Positions 46,329 to 57,064 of a stretch of DNA of 64,000 nucleotides are shown piece by piece (within the stretch, counting starts at the first letter, position 1; each line of letters begins with the position of its first letter). Made by a program: the position numbers and the translations under genes. Under the pieces are notes generated by a model, which was given only the letters and a program-made list of their open reading frames with translations, was not told the origin of the DNA and ran no database searches. Source of the DNA: Blastocladiella emersonii ATCC 22665 (lineage: Eukaryota > Fungi > Blastocladiomycota); NCBI GenBank assembly GCA_025594325.1, contig JANHCV010000001.1, forward strand, positions 3,286,001 to 3,350,000. The letters are read 5' to 3'.

Positions 46329-46583
46329 GGTTGTTGATTCGTAGCAGTACGCGACGCGGAGAGCGTTGTAAGTGCCGCGACCGAGAGGAAGGAGAGAGAG
46401 CGGGAGTGGCGGCGGCGGTCGCGGGGGCCGGCGATCGCGGCGCAAGCGCGGGCGATGCGCTGCGTTGGGGTTGCCGCACGTGGCTGGCTCCGCTGATTTT
46501 GCCTCGCCCCGGTCACGCTGTGGCGCGGCGCGTCTCCGCTTTCCCTCCGCGCCCAAGCCCACTTGTCAATGACCCAAGTGGTC

Positions 46584-47911
46584 TCAGCGTTTATTGAGTA
46601 ATGCGTAGCATTGAGTAGCACGTCGTCCTCCAACGACGGCCTTCGAAGACCGGTTCGACAAGCTGCGGGCGACACTGCTGCGGCTGGTGATGGCGAGGGC
46701 GATGGTGACGACGGTGCTAGGGACTCGGTGGAAAAGAAGATGACAAACGAGAAGATGCAAAAGTAAATGAAGAGGACGGACCTGTCGCATAGGATCTGGA
46801 ATGTCATTACGATCGCGAAGTACCACTGTGAGATGAACGGGACCGAGCTCGGCATGCCCGCGTGCACCAGTTCGAACGAGATCATGTCCAAAGTGTCGAT
46901 AACCGTACACGATGAGAGGATGACAAACATTCCGAGGATGATAATGCGCAGCTGCTTGAGGTTCAATGCCCGCGCACGCCGCAAGGTTCCCGTGTCGCTC
47001 GTACTGCCCCGACTTCCTCGACTACCCCGACTTGCTGTTTGACCCGCATTCGTGACGGCCATGGCTTCCGGCGAACCCATTATTGCAGATCGTTTGACAC
47101 TAGTCGCAACGGCAAGGCTCTTGCTGTCACGCGCGTCCTCCTAAACTGCGATACAGCTTTCCGGACGCGAACGCGCGACGGTCGCCATCCGGTGCCGCTC
47201 GTTAGAGTCGACGATTACGAGAAGTTGGACTCCAAACAGACCAAGTGAGACGGCAATGAATGCCGCAAGCACGGCCCAGGTAAGCCAGAGTGCCGCACGC
47301 CAGGACCGAGCCGCATTCAGCGTTGTTGCTAGCCCGAGACCGATCGTCGTCCCGTACGAAACAATGATGTGGATACAAGAAGAGCACAGGAAGACCCGGT
47401 TCATCATCTTGGGTCCTGGAACCGGGACGGCGAGGACCAGTCGTTTCCACGCCGCAAGCTGTTGCTGGTCGAACCCACTTGCGAGAGTTGCTGCGCCCGG
47501 CGGGATCGTGGAGAGAATCCCAACCAGATACAGGATCAAACCAACCTCGGCCGCAATGTACCGAATGTTGTGGACCATGTGCCGCAGGAAGACCGAGCCG
47601 ACGTCAAAGTACACGACTGCGTGCCACGCGATCGCGCCAAGGAGGGACACGAGTAAGCTTAGGAGAAAGCACTCAAACGGCATTGGCCGAAGGTGCTTTG
47701 ATTCAGAGGTCCGACGAGCAAACAGCCGGCGGCGCTGCCTGACAAACGTGTGGTACATGGTATAGCCGGCGAACGGAACGGCCGCAAGACCGGCGCACAG
47801 GCTGAACAAGTGAAAGGCCTGCGCGATCGCGGCAGTTGTCGGGTCGAGCGCATACGCGGTCGCCGCCCAATCACCGTAGGGCGGTTCGTTTAACCGTTGC
47901 AGGTAGTCCAT
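46584..47911 (-). pseudogene. Orphan 7-8 TM receptor-like paralogue A (premature TAG at 47141-47143, plus a frameshift near 46660-46720)
   Basis: Collinear with paralogues B and C. TAG replaces the Lys of FIAVK, and the conserved tail (SVARSLSNRSSK) is in a different frame from FFSTE. Confidence 0.8.
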
Positions 47912-48215
47912 GGCAACAAATTCATCGGTTTTCTTCTCTACGGGCGAGTACAAACGGTCCTGCAGACAAATCGAGCGAGCTGTACAACACAATGCTGGGA
48001 GACACAAGCGGGAACTCAGCTGGTGTCGGTGTGAGACCGTTTCTGGGATGAAAGGGACGGCGATCGTGACAGCCGCAAGGAAGCGCGATCGAAATGCAGG
48101 CAGTCCGTGGGCGGTCACGCGGTGGCGCGGCGCGTCTGCATCAATCTTACTCGAGTGCGACGAAAGTAACAAACACTCGACACAAACATTTTATTTATCG
48201 AGTAACCAATAGATC

Positions 48216-49469
48216 TCACGTCGAGCCGACGCTTTTTGCTGAGCGGCCCGACACGGTACGCGCGATGCCGCTGCTTGACGACGTACTCTGCGTAGACGGA
48301 GGTTTGGAGAAGAAGATGACTCCTGCAAAGACCAAAAAGAAACCGAACATGATGGGACCATCGCAAAGCGAGTTGAGAATGACGGGAATCATGAAAATCC
48401 AGTTGTAGAGGAGAGGCGCAGTGCTCAACGACGTGTGGATGGACTCGAACGCGAGCACATCGACCAGGTCGATAAGTGCAAACTGGCCAAGTACAACCGT
48501 TAAACCAATGATAATGAAGCGCAACTGTTTGAGGTTGAGCGTGCGGGCACGCCGCAGCGTACCGGCATCGTCTGCGCCGCTCCGACTTCCCGATTGACTC
48601 TCGCTCGAGCGCTGCGAGCGAGAAAGCGAGGCCATGATTGCCGACTTTTTGATCTTGTCAGCAGGAGCATTGGTCGCATCGGGCGCGTTTCCCTCGTCCT
48701 TGACTGCTATGAAGCTTTCGGGACGCGAAGGCGCCACCGTGGCGATGCGGTGACGTTCGTTGGAGTCGACGATCACAAGTAGCTGTACTCCAAAGAGGCC
48801 GAACGATACGCTGATGAAAGCCGCAAGAAAGAACCACGTTATCCACAGGGCCGCCCGCCAAGCACGGGCTTGGTCCACCGTTGTCGAAAGGCCCAGTCCG
48901 ACGATTATTACAAGACATGCAGCAATGTGAATGGACACGGAATATACGAAGATCACGTTCATCGCTTTGGGCTTCGGAATCGGCACAGCAAGGACGATCT
49001 GCTTCCAGCGCGGGAGCTTTTGTTGATCGAAGCCGCTCGCGAGCGTGGCCGCGCCCGTGGGGATCGTGGCGAGAATTCCGACAATGTACGAAATCATTCC
49101 GATCTCTGCCATGAGATAACGAAGATTCTGCAAGAGGTGCCGGAGTACGATCGGTCCAAGTTCGAAGAACACGACGACGTGCCAGACGATTGTTGAGAGC
49201 AGTGCCGTGGAGAAGCCCGCCAAGAGACATTCATAAGGCATAGGTTTCACGCGAGCAGATTCCGACGTTCGACGCGCAAAGAGGCGGCGGCGCTGTCGGA
49301 CAAACGTGTGGTACAACGCGTACGCTGAAAAGGGAACGGCTGCGAGGCCAGCGCATGCGCTGATCAGGTGGAACTTTTCGACAATCGCGGCCGTCGTGGC
49401 ATCGAACATGTACGCAGTTGCGGCCCAATCGCCGAACGGCGCATTACGAATTAGTTGCGCGGAGTCCAT
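48216..49469 (-). CDS. Orphan 7-8 TM receptor-like protein, paralogue B (417 aa, intronless)
   Basis: Intact ORF with PFGDWAATAY, FVRQRRRLFARRTSES, PMPYECLL, TLASGFDQQ, FGVQLLVIVDSNERHR and LRRARTLNLKQLR, shared across the three copies. Confidence 0.85.
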   Translation of the reverse strand: MDSAQLIRNAPFGDWAATAYMFDATTAAIVEKFHLISACAGLAAVPFSAYALYHTFVRQRRRLFARRTSESARVKPMPYECLLAGFSTALLSTIVWHVVVFFELGPIVLRHLLQNLRYLMAEIGMISYIVGILATIPTGAATLASGFDQQKLPRWKQIVLAVPIPKPKAMNVIFVYSVSIHIAACLVIIVGLGLSTTVDQARAWRAALWITWFFLAAFISVSFGLFGVQLLVIVDSNERHRIATVAPSRPESFIAVKDEGNAPDATNAPADKIKKSAIMASLSRSQRSSESQSGSRSGADDAGTLRRARTLNLKQLRFIIIGLTVVLGQFALIDLVDVLAFESIHTSLSTAPLLYNWIFMIPVILNSLCDGPIMFGFFLVFAGVIFFSKPPSTQSTSSSSGIARTVSGRSAKSVGST

Positions 49470-49703
49470 GGTAGATTCATTGCGTGGTAAGGTTGCGAGA
49501 GTGGCGACAACCTTGAGCACACGCGAGCTGACACGGGCGAGAGTGTCTCCCAAGAGTGTTGATCGTGAACATTTTTGTCATGTAGTGATCACAAATTTGT
49601 CTCCCGGTAGCTGCTCGTCAACCACAAGGCGTTTCAACGGATCAATCGTTTCGCATTAATTCCAGACATGAAATATATTCACAATTGTCGGCAAACATGG
49701 GTG

Positions 49704-50993
49704 TCAGGTCTGGGAAGCGCTCCGCGAGCACCGGTCCGAGATGGACCGCGCGAGGCTGCTCGTCGTCGCCGATGGCGGAAGCGATGGTTCGGTCGAGAAG
49801 AAGATGACGAGCGAGAAGATCACAAAGTAGACCAGCATGATCGGACCATCGCTGAGGGTATGGAGCGCCATCGGCAGCACGTAATACCAGTTGGACACAA
49901 ACGGAAGCGACGCGGGGAGTTTCGCGTGCAGAAGCTCAAATGCGACGACGTTGAGGGCATTGAGGAGCGCGAACTGGGCAAGAATGACTCCCAGTCCGAG
50001 AATTATGATCTTGAGCTGCTTCAGATTCAGCGTGCGCGCGCGGCGAAACGTGCCCGCGTCGCCCGTGCTGGCGCGACTCCCGCGGCTGTTGCTGCTAGTT
50101 TGACCCTGGCTCGAACGCTGTGAACGAGTGAACAGGTTTTTCCTGCCCGGCGAGGACGTGATAGCGGTCTTCTGAATGGTATCTGGAAGCGCTCTACTAC
50201 TCTCGGGCTTGGGCCCTTCGTCCTTGACCACCATGAAAGACTCGGGACGAGAGGGTACGACCGTAGCCATGCGATGGCGCTCGTTGGACTCGACGATCAC
50301 GAGAAGTTGTACGCCAAACAGGCCGAGAGACAGGCTGATGAACCCGGTGAGGAAACACCACGTAATCCAGAGTGCGGCTCGCCAGGGACGGGCAGCCTCG
50401 AACGTCGTTGCGGTCCCCAGGCCGAAGGTGATGCCGTAGGACACAATGACGTGGATACAGAGGAAGTACAGCAAGATGACGTTCAAGACCTTTGGTTTCG
50501 GGACCGGGACAGCGAGGACGAGGCGTTTCCACGCCGGTAGTTGCTGCTGGTCGAAACCGCTGGCAAGTGTCGCCGCACCGGGCGGGATTGTGCCAAGGAT
50601 TCCGACCAGGTACAGAATGAGGCCTATGGCGGCCAGAATATAGCGTAGATTCTGGACCAGGTGCCGAACGAGGACCGATCCGACGTCGAAATAGATGATG
50701 GCGTGCCACGCAACCATGGCAAGCACGGTCAAGGAGAACAATAGCAGGAGGCACTCGTACGGCATAGGCTTTAAACGAGCCGACTCCGATGTTCGGCGCG
50801 CAAAGAGTCGACGCTGCTGCCGGATGAAGGTGTGGTGCAACGCGTACGCCGAGAACGGCACTGCAGCGATGGACGTTGCCAGGCTCACAAGATGAAACTT
50901 CTGGACGATGGAAGCGGTCGGTTCGTCAACGGCGTAGGCCGTGGCGGCCCAATCGCCGAAGGGCGGCGCGGCAAGCACTTGCTTGTAGTCCAT
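49704..50993 (-). CDS. Orphan 7-8 TM receptor-like protein, paralogue C (429 aa, intronless)
   Basis: Intact ORF with the same motifs and hydrophobic pattern as paralogue B. Confidence 0.85.
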   Translation of the reverse strand: MDYKQVLAAPPFGDWAATAYAVDEPTASIVQKFHLVSLATSIAAVPFSAYALHHTFIRQQRRLFARRTSESARLKPMPYECLLLLFSLTVLAMVAWHAIIYFDVGSVLVRHLVQNLRYILAAIGLILYLVGILGTIPPGAATLASGFDQQQLPAWKRLVLAVPVPKPKVLNVILLYFLCIHVIVSYGITFGLGTATTFEAARPWRAALWITWCFLTGFISLSLGLFGVQLLVIVESNERHRMATVVPSRPESFMVVKDEGPKPESSRALPDTIQKTAITSSPGRKNLFTRSQRSSQGQTSSNSRGSRASTGDAGTFRRARTLNLKQLKIIILGLGVILAQFALLNALNVVAFELLHAKLPASLPFVSNWYYVLPMALHTLSDGPIMLVYFVIFSLVIFFSTEPSLPPSATTSSLARSISDRCSRSASQT

Positions 50994-51601
50994 GGCGATG
51001 TTACATGTCACAATTCATTGCAGAGCGAGAATGGGGAGTACTAACGCATGTACCGAGTCAGCTCATCGACTGGGAGACACCTCGGAGCGCAAACTGGTTG
51101 CGGGTGCGGACATCGGCGATTTGGCGGTTGTGCACTTTGCGACGCCGTTCCCCGATTCACAGCGACCTCCATTTTCCCCGCGTGGCCTCAGTTCGGATCC
51201 TCTTCAAAGGCACTGTGCGCGGTGTTAATTATGTTGTGGGATCCAGCTAGGGTGGGAGACTGCGACCACGCCGGGCGCGCGTCGCTCGTGGGCGACGCGA
51301 AGGTCAGCTGCACGTGCGCGCGGGACTCACTGGACGTCTCCCGGCTCGCCTCCCCTTTTCTCGGCGCTGATCGCGACCGGAGACGATCCGCTCCCGCACG
51401 AGAAACGACGACGACGACAGGCTCGTCCATCGACCATGGCCGTGGCCGTGGCCGTGGCCGCGACGTTGACGGCCACGAGTGGCTGTGCCGCACACGTGAG
51501 CGACCGAAGTCAACTGCCGTCGCCGCGCCTCGGCCGGACCTCCTCCCCCAGTGCCACCAATCCCCTCGACGGGAGAGCGACTCCCTGCATTCCACGCTAC
51601 C

Positions 51602-52897
51602 ATGAATCTTCTCAGGGCTGCCCGTCCCGGCACTTTCCTCGCGCGCCCCGCCCGCTTCTGTGCCCCCCGCTCGGGCCTCGCGCACCGCGCTCCCGCGGCG
51701 TGGCACTCGAGCTGGCGCAAGGCTACCGACGAGGACGCTCCCTCTGCGACGGCACCGGCATCCGGATCTACGCCTCCACCCGCTACTGCCGCCGCTGCGT
51801 CCGCGACGAGCGATGTTGCGCCCGAGCACACACCGGGCGGTGCGGCCGGGTCGGGGATCCGGTACCGCCCCGCGCACGTCCTGTCGGCCAAGGAGCTTCT
51901 CGGCGTGTACTCGGAGCTGTCCAAGGCCAAGCTCGCGTCGCTCGTGACGCTGACCACCATGGCGGGCTACGCGCTGGCGCCCACGGCGACGAGCCTGACG
52001 ACGCTGCTCGCCACCACGGTCGGGACCCACCTGTGCATCACCTCGGCCAACACCTTCAACCAGCTCATGGAGTCGCCGTACGACGCGCAGATGGCGCGCA
52101 CGCGCAACCGCCCGCTCGTGCGCCACGCCATCACGCCGCAGCACGCGCTCGGGTTCGCCGTCGGCACCGGCGTCGCGGGCGTCGTGTCGCTCGCGACCCT
52201 CGTCAACCCGCTGACCGCGGCGCTCGGCGGCGCCAACCTGGTCCTGTACTCGTTCATCTACACGCCCATGAAGCGCACGTCGATCGCCAACACGTGGGTC
52301 GGCGCGCTCGTGGGCGCGATCCCGCCCATGATGGGGTGGACCGCGTGCACCAACTCGCTGTCACCCGTGGCCGACTTCGGCGCGTACGTGCTCGGGTTCC
52401 TGCTGTACGCGTGGCAGTTCCCGCACTTCAACTCGCTGTCGTGGAACATCCGCGCCGACTACTCCAAGGCCGGGTACCGCATGATGGCCGTGACGGACCC
52501 GGCGCTCAACGCGCGCGTGTCGCTGCGCTACGCCGTCGCCATGCTGCCGGTCCCCTTCATCACGTCGTACGCCGGCCTCACCACCTGGTGGTTCGCCGGG
52601 TCCGCGTCCGTCGTCAACGGCGCCATGGCCCTGTTCGCGTACCGCTTCTGGCGCCAGCGCAACGACAAGTCGGCGCGTGAGCTCTTCTTCTCCTCGCTCG
52701 TCCACCTGCCCGTCATCCTCGGCGCCATGCTGATCCACCGCGCGCCGCGCGAGGACGAGGTCCAGGTCTCGCTCCTCGACCGCGTCAAGTACGCGCTTGG
52801 CATGGAGGTGGCGATCCCGGCGGCCAAGGTCAAGTCAGTTGCCGCGGCACCAGTGGCGCCGGCGGCGTCCTCCGCACCGGCACCTGTCCAGGCTTAG
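51602..52897 (+). CDS. COX10: Protoheme IX farnesyltransferase, mitochondrial
   Basis: YSELSKAKL, SANTFNQLMESPYDAQMARTRNRPLV, YTPMKRTS, VGALVGAIPPMMGW, AWQFPHFNSLSW, DYSKAGYRM, ARELFFSSL. Presequence-like N-terminus. Confidence 0.95.
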   Translation: MNLLRAARPGTFLARPARFCAPRSGLAHRAPAAWHSSWRKATDEDAPSATAPASGSTPPPATAAAASATSDVAPEHTPGGAAGSGIRYRPAHVLSAKELLGVYSELSKAKLASLVTLTTMAGYALAPTATSLTTLLATTVGTHLCITSANTFNQLMESPYDAQMARTRNRPLVRHAITPQHALGFAVGTGVAGVVSLATLVNPLTAALGGANLVLYSFIYTPMKRTSIANTWVGALVGAIPPMMGWTACTNSLSPVADFGAYVLGFLLYAWQFPHFNSLSWNIRADYSKAGYRMMAVTDPALNARVSLRYAVAMLPVPFITSYAGLTTWWFAGSASVVNGAMALFAYRFWRQRNDKSARELFFSSLVHLPVILGAMLIHRAPREDEVQVSLLDRVKYALGMEVAIPAAKVKSVAAAPVAPAASSAPAPVQA

Positions 52898-53186
52898 TTT
52901 TGCTTCGTTTTGTTCATTTCGGTCCTCTCATTACCTCTCCCCCTCCTCCCGCACGCGGCATAGTAAACGTATCTGCTCCAGACACACGGATCGCTGACGC
53001 ACGCGTGTGATGTCTCGCATCACGCGATTGAACGGCGCGTCTCGCACCACGCAGCGCGTTGTACCCACGCGGGAGGGAGCGTTTGCCCACACCGCCTCCA
53101 GTGCGAGACAGACAAGCGTCGCCCCGCTGTTCTGCTCTCCCTCGAGATCGCTCTCCTCGTAGTCGTTGCTGCAAGTAAGTAGCGCC

Positions 53187-53864
53187 ATGCATCGATCCGC
53201 CTTGAACCCCATATACACGCAGCCGCACTCTGGCTTCGCGCCGCCACCAAGGCACCCGCCGCCGCCCGCGTCATGGCATCCACACGCACCCTACGCCGCG
53301 ACGCCGATGCCGCGGCCGCCATCGGCCCCGCCCGTCCTGCCGCAGTGGATCCGCGATCGAGGCCCGCTCGCTGCAGGACCGTCGCCGCTAGAGCCTGCAG
53401 TCGGCGCGCCGCCCGCCTCGCAGTACGCGGCACCGGTTCTCCCGCCGATGGACCTGTTCGCCGGCCCGGGGATCGTTATCGAGGTCAACCACCCGGCCAT
53501 GAAGCGGCACCGCTATGCTCCGCCTGCTCGTCTGCGACTCGCGCCTCAAGCTGTTCCGCCACAACCTCACGTCGCTGCCCTCGGTCCGCTGTTTCCGCCG
53601 ACCACCATGATGCCGCCACCAACAAGGCTCGCGCTGCTACAGCCGCCATGCTGTCCACACCTACCCGCGGTCCAGCTCGAGCGCACCGACTCGGCCGCGG
53701 CCCTCGCACCTGGTCCACCGCTCTCCGTGGCCGGCCTGATGCTCGAGCGGTCGCCGAGTCCAAGCACGGGTCCCGACGCGCCAGCGCCAGCGTCGCCGAC
53801 GGTGGCCGCGGACGTGCAGGACGCGATCGACGCGCTCATGGCGCTCCGCTCGGCTGCTGTGTGA
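53187..53864 (+). CDS. Pro-rich hypothetical protein
   Basis: 225-codon ORF ending DAIDALMALRSAAV and followed by an AT-rich 3' segment. No recognisable domain. Confidence 0.35.
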   Translation: MHRSALNPIYTQPHSGFAPPPRHPPPPASWHPHAPYAATPMPRPPSAPPVLPQWIRDRGPLAAGPSPLEPAVGAPPASQYAAPVLPPMDLFAGPGIVIEVNHPAMKRHRYAPPARLRLAPQAVPPQPHVAALGPLFPPTTMMPPPTRLALLQPPCCPHLPAVQLERTDSAAALAPGPPLSVAGLMLERSPSPSTGPDAPAPASPTVAADVQDAIDALMALRSAAV

Positions 53865-53914
53865 CGGTGCATCTAGAATATATACAATAGCGCGTTTGTA
53901 CAAACAAGCACGAC

Positions 53915-54780
53915 TCATCCGTTCTGCAGCTGATCTACGTGTGCGCGCGATGCGGGTCGGTCTCGGATCGCCGGACACGTTGGCCGGGACGCGTGCGTAC
54001 CGATGAGCCAGGCCATCCCGTCGTCAAGTCCGTCGCCCGTCAGCGCGCTGCACCCGCAGAGGTACCAGTTGCGGTCCTTGAACCCGTCGAGCCCAAGCAG
54101 GTTCGCGACCTCGGACGGGGACATGACGTCGGGCAGGTCCATCTTGTTGCAGAGAAAGAGTAGCGGACACTTGCGCATCTTGAGGTCTACACAGGGGTCA
54201 GCGATACAGTATTTGCGACGCAGAGCGAGGAGGAGAGGTCAAACCTTCGTTGCGCAGGACGTCAAGGAACTCGCGTCGCACGATCTCGATCCGCGCCTTG
54301 TCGGCCGCGTCGATGACGAAGATCACGGCGTGCACGTCGGCCATGTAGAACGGCCACAGGTCGCGGTACCGCGCGTTGCCGGACATGTCGAACACAGTGC
54401 TACACCGCGGATGTGTGAGTGACGCGCGGCGGCCATGGTTTAAGGCGAGGCGGGCGTACAAGTGAATTCTTTCTCGTACGAAGCGCTCTACAAGGTCGTG
54501 TCACGCGTTTCAGCTATACGGTGATGTTGGGGGACAGGGACTACGGACCGACGTTGAACCCGACAGTTGGCGGGATCATCTCGCGCGCGACCTGTCCACG
54601 GCGGTTCGTGGTCAGCGAATGACCACCGTCATCTCTTCCCGTCTAGCGCACCCGTTCCGCCTCGGGCCTGAGCTGTTGTACGAGCGTTGATTTACCCACG
54701 GCGTCGAGTCCGACGAGAAGACACGATTTCTTGGTTGTGACGAGGCCCAGGATCGAGAGCCAGCGCGCGATAAAGCCCAT
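53915..54780 (-). CDS. ARL6: ADP-ribosylation factor-like GTPase 6 (BBS3), 6 exons including a 28-nt micro-exon
   Basis: Spliced protein reads MGFIARWLSILGL...GLDAVGKST...IPPTVGFNVERF...FTVFDMSGNARYRDLW...IFVID...NKMDL...WYLCGCSALTGDGL...WLIDQL. DMSG and LKP/LRP are ARL6 hallmarks. Confidence 0.9.
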
Positions 54781-55093
54781 GGTGCGTGTGTGTCGTTCAA
54801 TCCATTCGCCGTCGGTTTCAGGCAGTTAATCCAGCATTCATGGAAGTGGTGAAGGCGTTGGTGAGCGCAGATCCCTCTGTGCAGGCGCGCCGTGACGAGC
54901 GAGGCGGCGGAGGTGAGACGCGTCGCGCGACGCGTCGAGGAAACGCGTGACCACCATCAGCAACAATCAGACAGGCAGGCGGGTCGAAAGGGCAAATGGG
55001 AGTTATATGATTCGAGCAGAGCAATAGAGACTGCGAGCATTAGAGGGTAGACACGAAGCTAATCCAAAAACCGCGGCGCGGGGGCAGATGAAT

Positions 55094-56443
55094 CTAGGCC
55101 GCGACGCCCTGGACCAGGGCGCGCGACTTGACGTGGTTGTTGTTGCGGCGCTTCCCGCCGGCACCAGGCGACGGGTTGCGGCCCGACTTGGGCTTAGGCG
55201 AGGTAGGCGACGTCGATGACGAGCTCGCGCCGCCGCGCGGCGCCATGGTGGCCATGGTGACCTCGGCGGCGGGCGCGGTCGGCGGGGTCGTCGAAGCAGC
55301 GGCGGCGGTGTCGGGCGAGGCCTTGGACTTTTTGCGGCTCAGCGAGGCCTCGAAGGCTTCGGCGTCGAGCTGCTCGGTGGCGATGACCATGTCGTGCAGG
55401 CGGGCCTCGTCGACAAACATGTTGTGGTCCTCGGGGTAGTGGATGATGGGGTGGTCGGGCGACTTGGAGCACGCGATGGTGCGGATGACGCCGTCGATGA
55501 GCTCGGGGTCAGGGTCCGAGGCGGCGGGCGAGTGGTCGGCGTGGTGGTGGTGGTGCTCGTCGTCGTCCATGGCGAAGAGCTGGTCGTGGTGGTGGTGGTG
55601 GGCATGGTCGTGGTCGTCCTCGTCGTCTTCGGACCCGTAGCCGTCGTCGGACGAGCGGGGATGGTGGTGGTGGGCCGTCGGAAGCGCCGGCGGGGGCGGC
55701 AGCGAGAGGGCGAGGGCGCTGAGCGAGGGCGACGCGGACGCTGAGCTGCCGAACGAGACACCCGAGAGCGACGAGGCGAGCAGGGCCATCTGGCTCGGCG
55801 ACCCGGGCGACGCGAGGGCGCGCATGGCCGTCTCGACGGGCGGCGAGCGGACCACGAGCAGCGGCTCGCCGCGGCGCTCGCACACGTAGTAGTCGGCAAA
55901 GGCGCGCGCGGCGGGCGTCGTGAGCCCGCTGTCCGCAATGAGGCGCTCCAGCTTCTTCCACGACTTGCCCGAGTCGCGCGGCAGCACGCGCTCCGTGTTG
56001 TGCGCGAGGTCAAACGAGACCGACTTGCGGCGGCCGCCGGCGCCCGCGCTCGACGACGTCGGGGACGCGTGGTGGTGGGCGTGGTGGGAAGCGCGGTCAT
56101 GATGATGAAGCGAGCGTGCGAGTGGGGCCACGGGCTCAAACTTTTCGCCATCGACCGCACCCGACGCGCCGCCGGCCGCATCGAGCAGGTCGATGCCCGA
56201 GTCGAGGCGCGTCGCCGACGACAGGCGCGCGGGCAGCGACGACGACATGCCGGGCGCGAGCTGCAGGCGCGGGCGCAGGCCGACCGAGCCCGCGGCAACC
56301 ATGTTGGGCGACGCGGCCGTCGGCGAGCGCAGGGCGTCGCAGCGGGCGCGGCGCGAGACGGGGCCGGCCGCGATGGAGAGCGGCTGCGCGGGGGCGGTGG
56401 AGGCACGGCTGCTGCTGTTGTTGTTGGTTTTTCGGTGGGGCAT
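55094..56443 (-). CDS. Uncharacterised low-complexity protein (Ser/His/Ala-rich, two short ordered patches)
   Basis: 449-aa GC3-biased ORF with patches RRKSVSFDLAHN...FADYYVCE and IACSKSPDHPIIHYPEDHNMF. Confidence 0.6.
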   Translation of the reverse strand: MPHRKTNNNSSSRASTAPAQPLSIAAGPVSRRARCDALRSPTAASPNMVAAGSVGLRPRLQLAPGMSSSLPARLSSATRLDSGIDLLDAAGGASGAVDGEKFEPVAPLARSLHHHDRASHHAHHHASPTSSSAGAGGRRKSVSFDLAHNTERVLPRDSGKSWKKLERLIADSGLTTPAARAFADYYVCERRGEPLLVVRSPPVETAMRALASPGSPSQMALLASSLSGVSFGSSASASPSLSALALSLPPPPALPTAHHHHPRSSDDGYGSEDDEDDHDHAHHHHHDQLFAMDDDEHHHHHADHSPAASDPDPELIDGVIRTIACSKSPDHPIIHYPEDHNMFVDEARLHDMVIATEQLDAEAFEASLSRKKSKASPDTAAAASTTPPTAPAAEVTMATMAPRGGASSSSTSPTSPKPKSGRNPSPGAGGKRRNNNHVKSRALVQGVAA

Positions 56444-57064
56444 GATGTGGAAGGTTTCTCAGGTTCGGTGTCGACGGGGATAGCTTCGTTGCTGCTGGGC
56501 GGTGCTCGCGGAGGGCAAGAGGGTGGGGAGGAGGGGGCAGACGTTGCTGCGGAAGAGCATAGAACAGGGGAACGGCGCAACGATGTCGGCAGTGGGCCGC
56601 GTTGCGAACTAGGGGAAGTGGAAAGGGGGGAGGGGACGGGCCGACGGAGGGCCGTGGTCGCTGTGGTGTGTGTGTCGCTGCGAGTCGCGGAGCAGGGCAA
56701 GTGGGCGGCGTAGCGTTCAAGGAGAGCTCGTAGGGAGAGCTCGTAGGGAGAGCGAGAGTTGAGGGGCGACCGCGGGTCTTGAAGAAGCCCCAGCCATATC
56801 GATGGAAGCCCTGCCGAAGCCAAGCGAAAACGAAAAACGCGTTGTGACTCGCCCGTCGCGTCACGCGCCCGCTCGCTTAGCCACCACCTGACCCTCATCA
56901 CGTGAGCGGGAGACACCAATGGCGCGACACGCGACGCGACGCGACGCGCGCGTTTACCCGCACCGCTGGTCGCGTTTCCAACAGGCTAACCACTCGATAC
57001 GACTATCACGGAAGGAAAGACGGAGCTGATGAACTAGAGCGAGCGCAACTGCACCACCACCACC

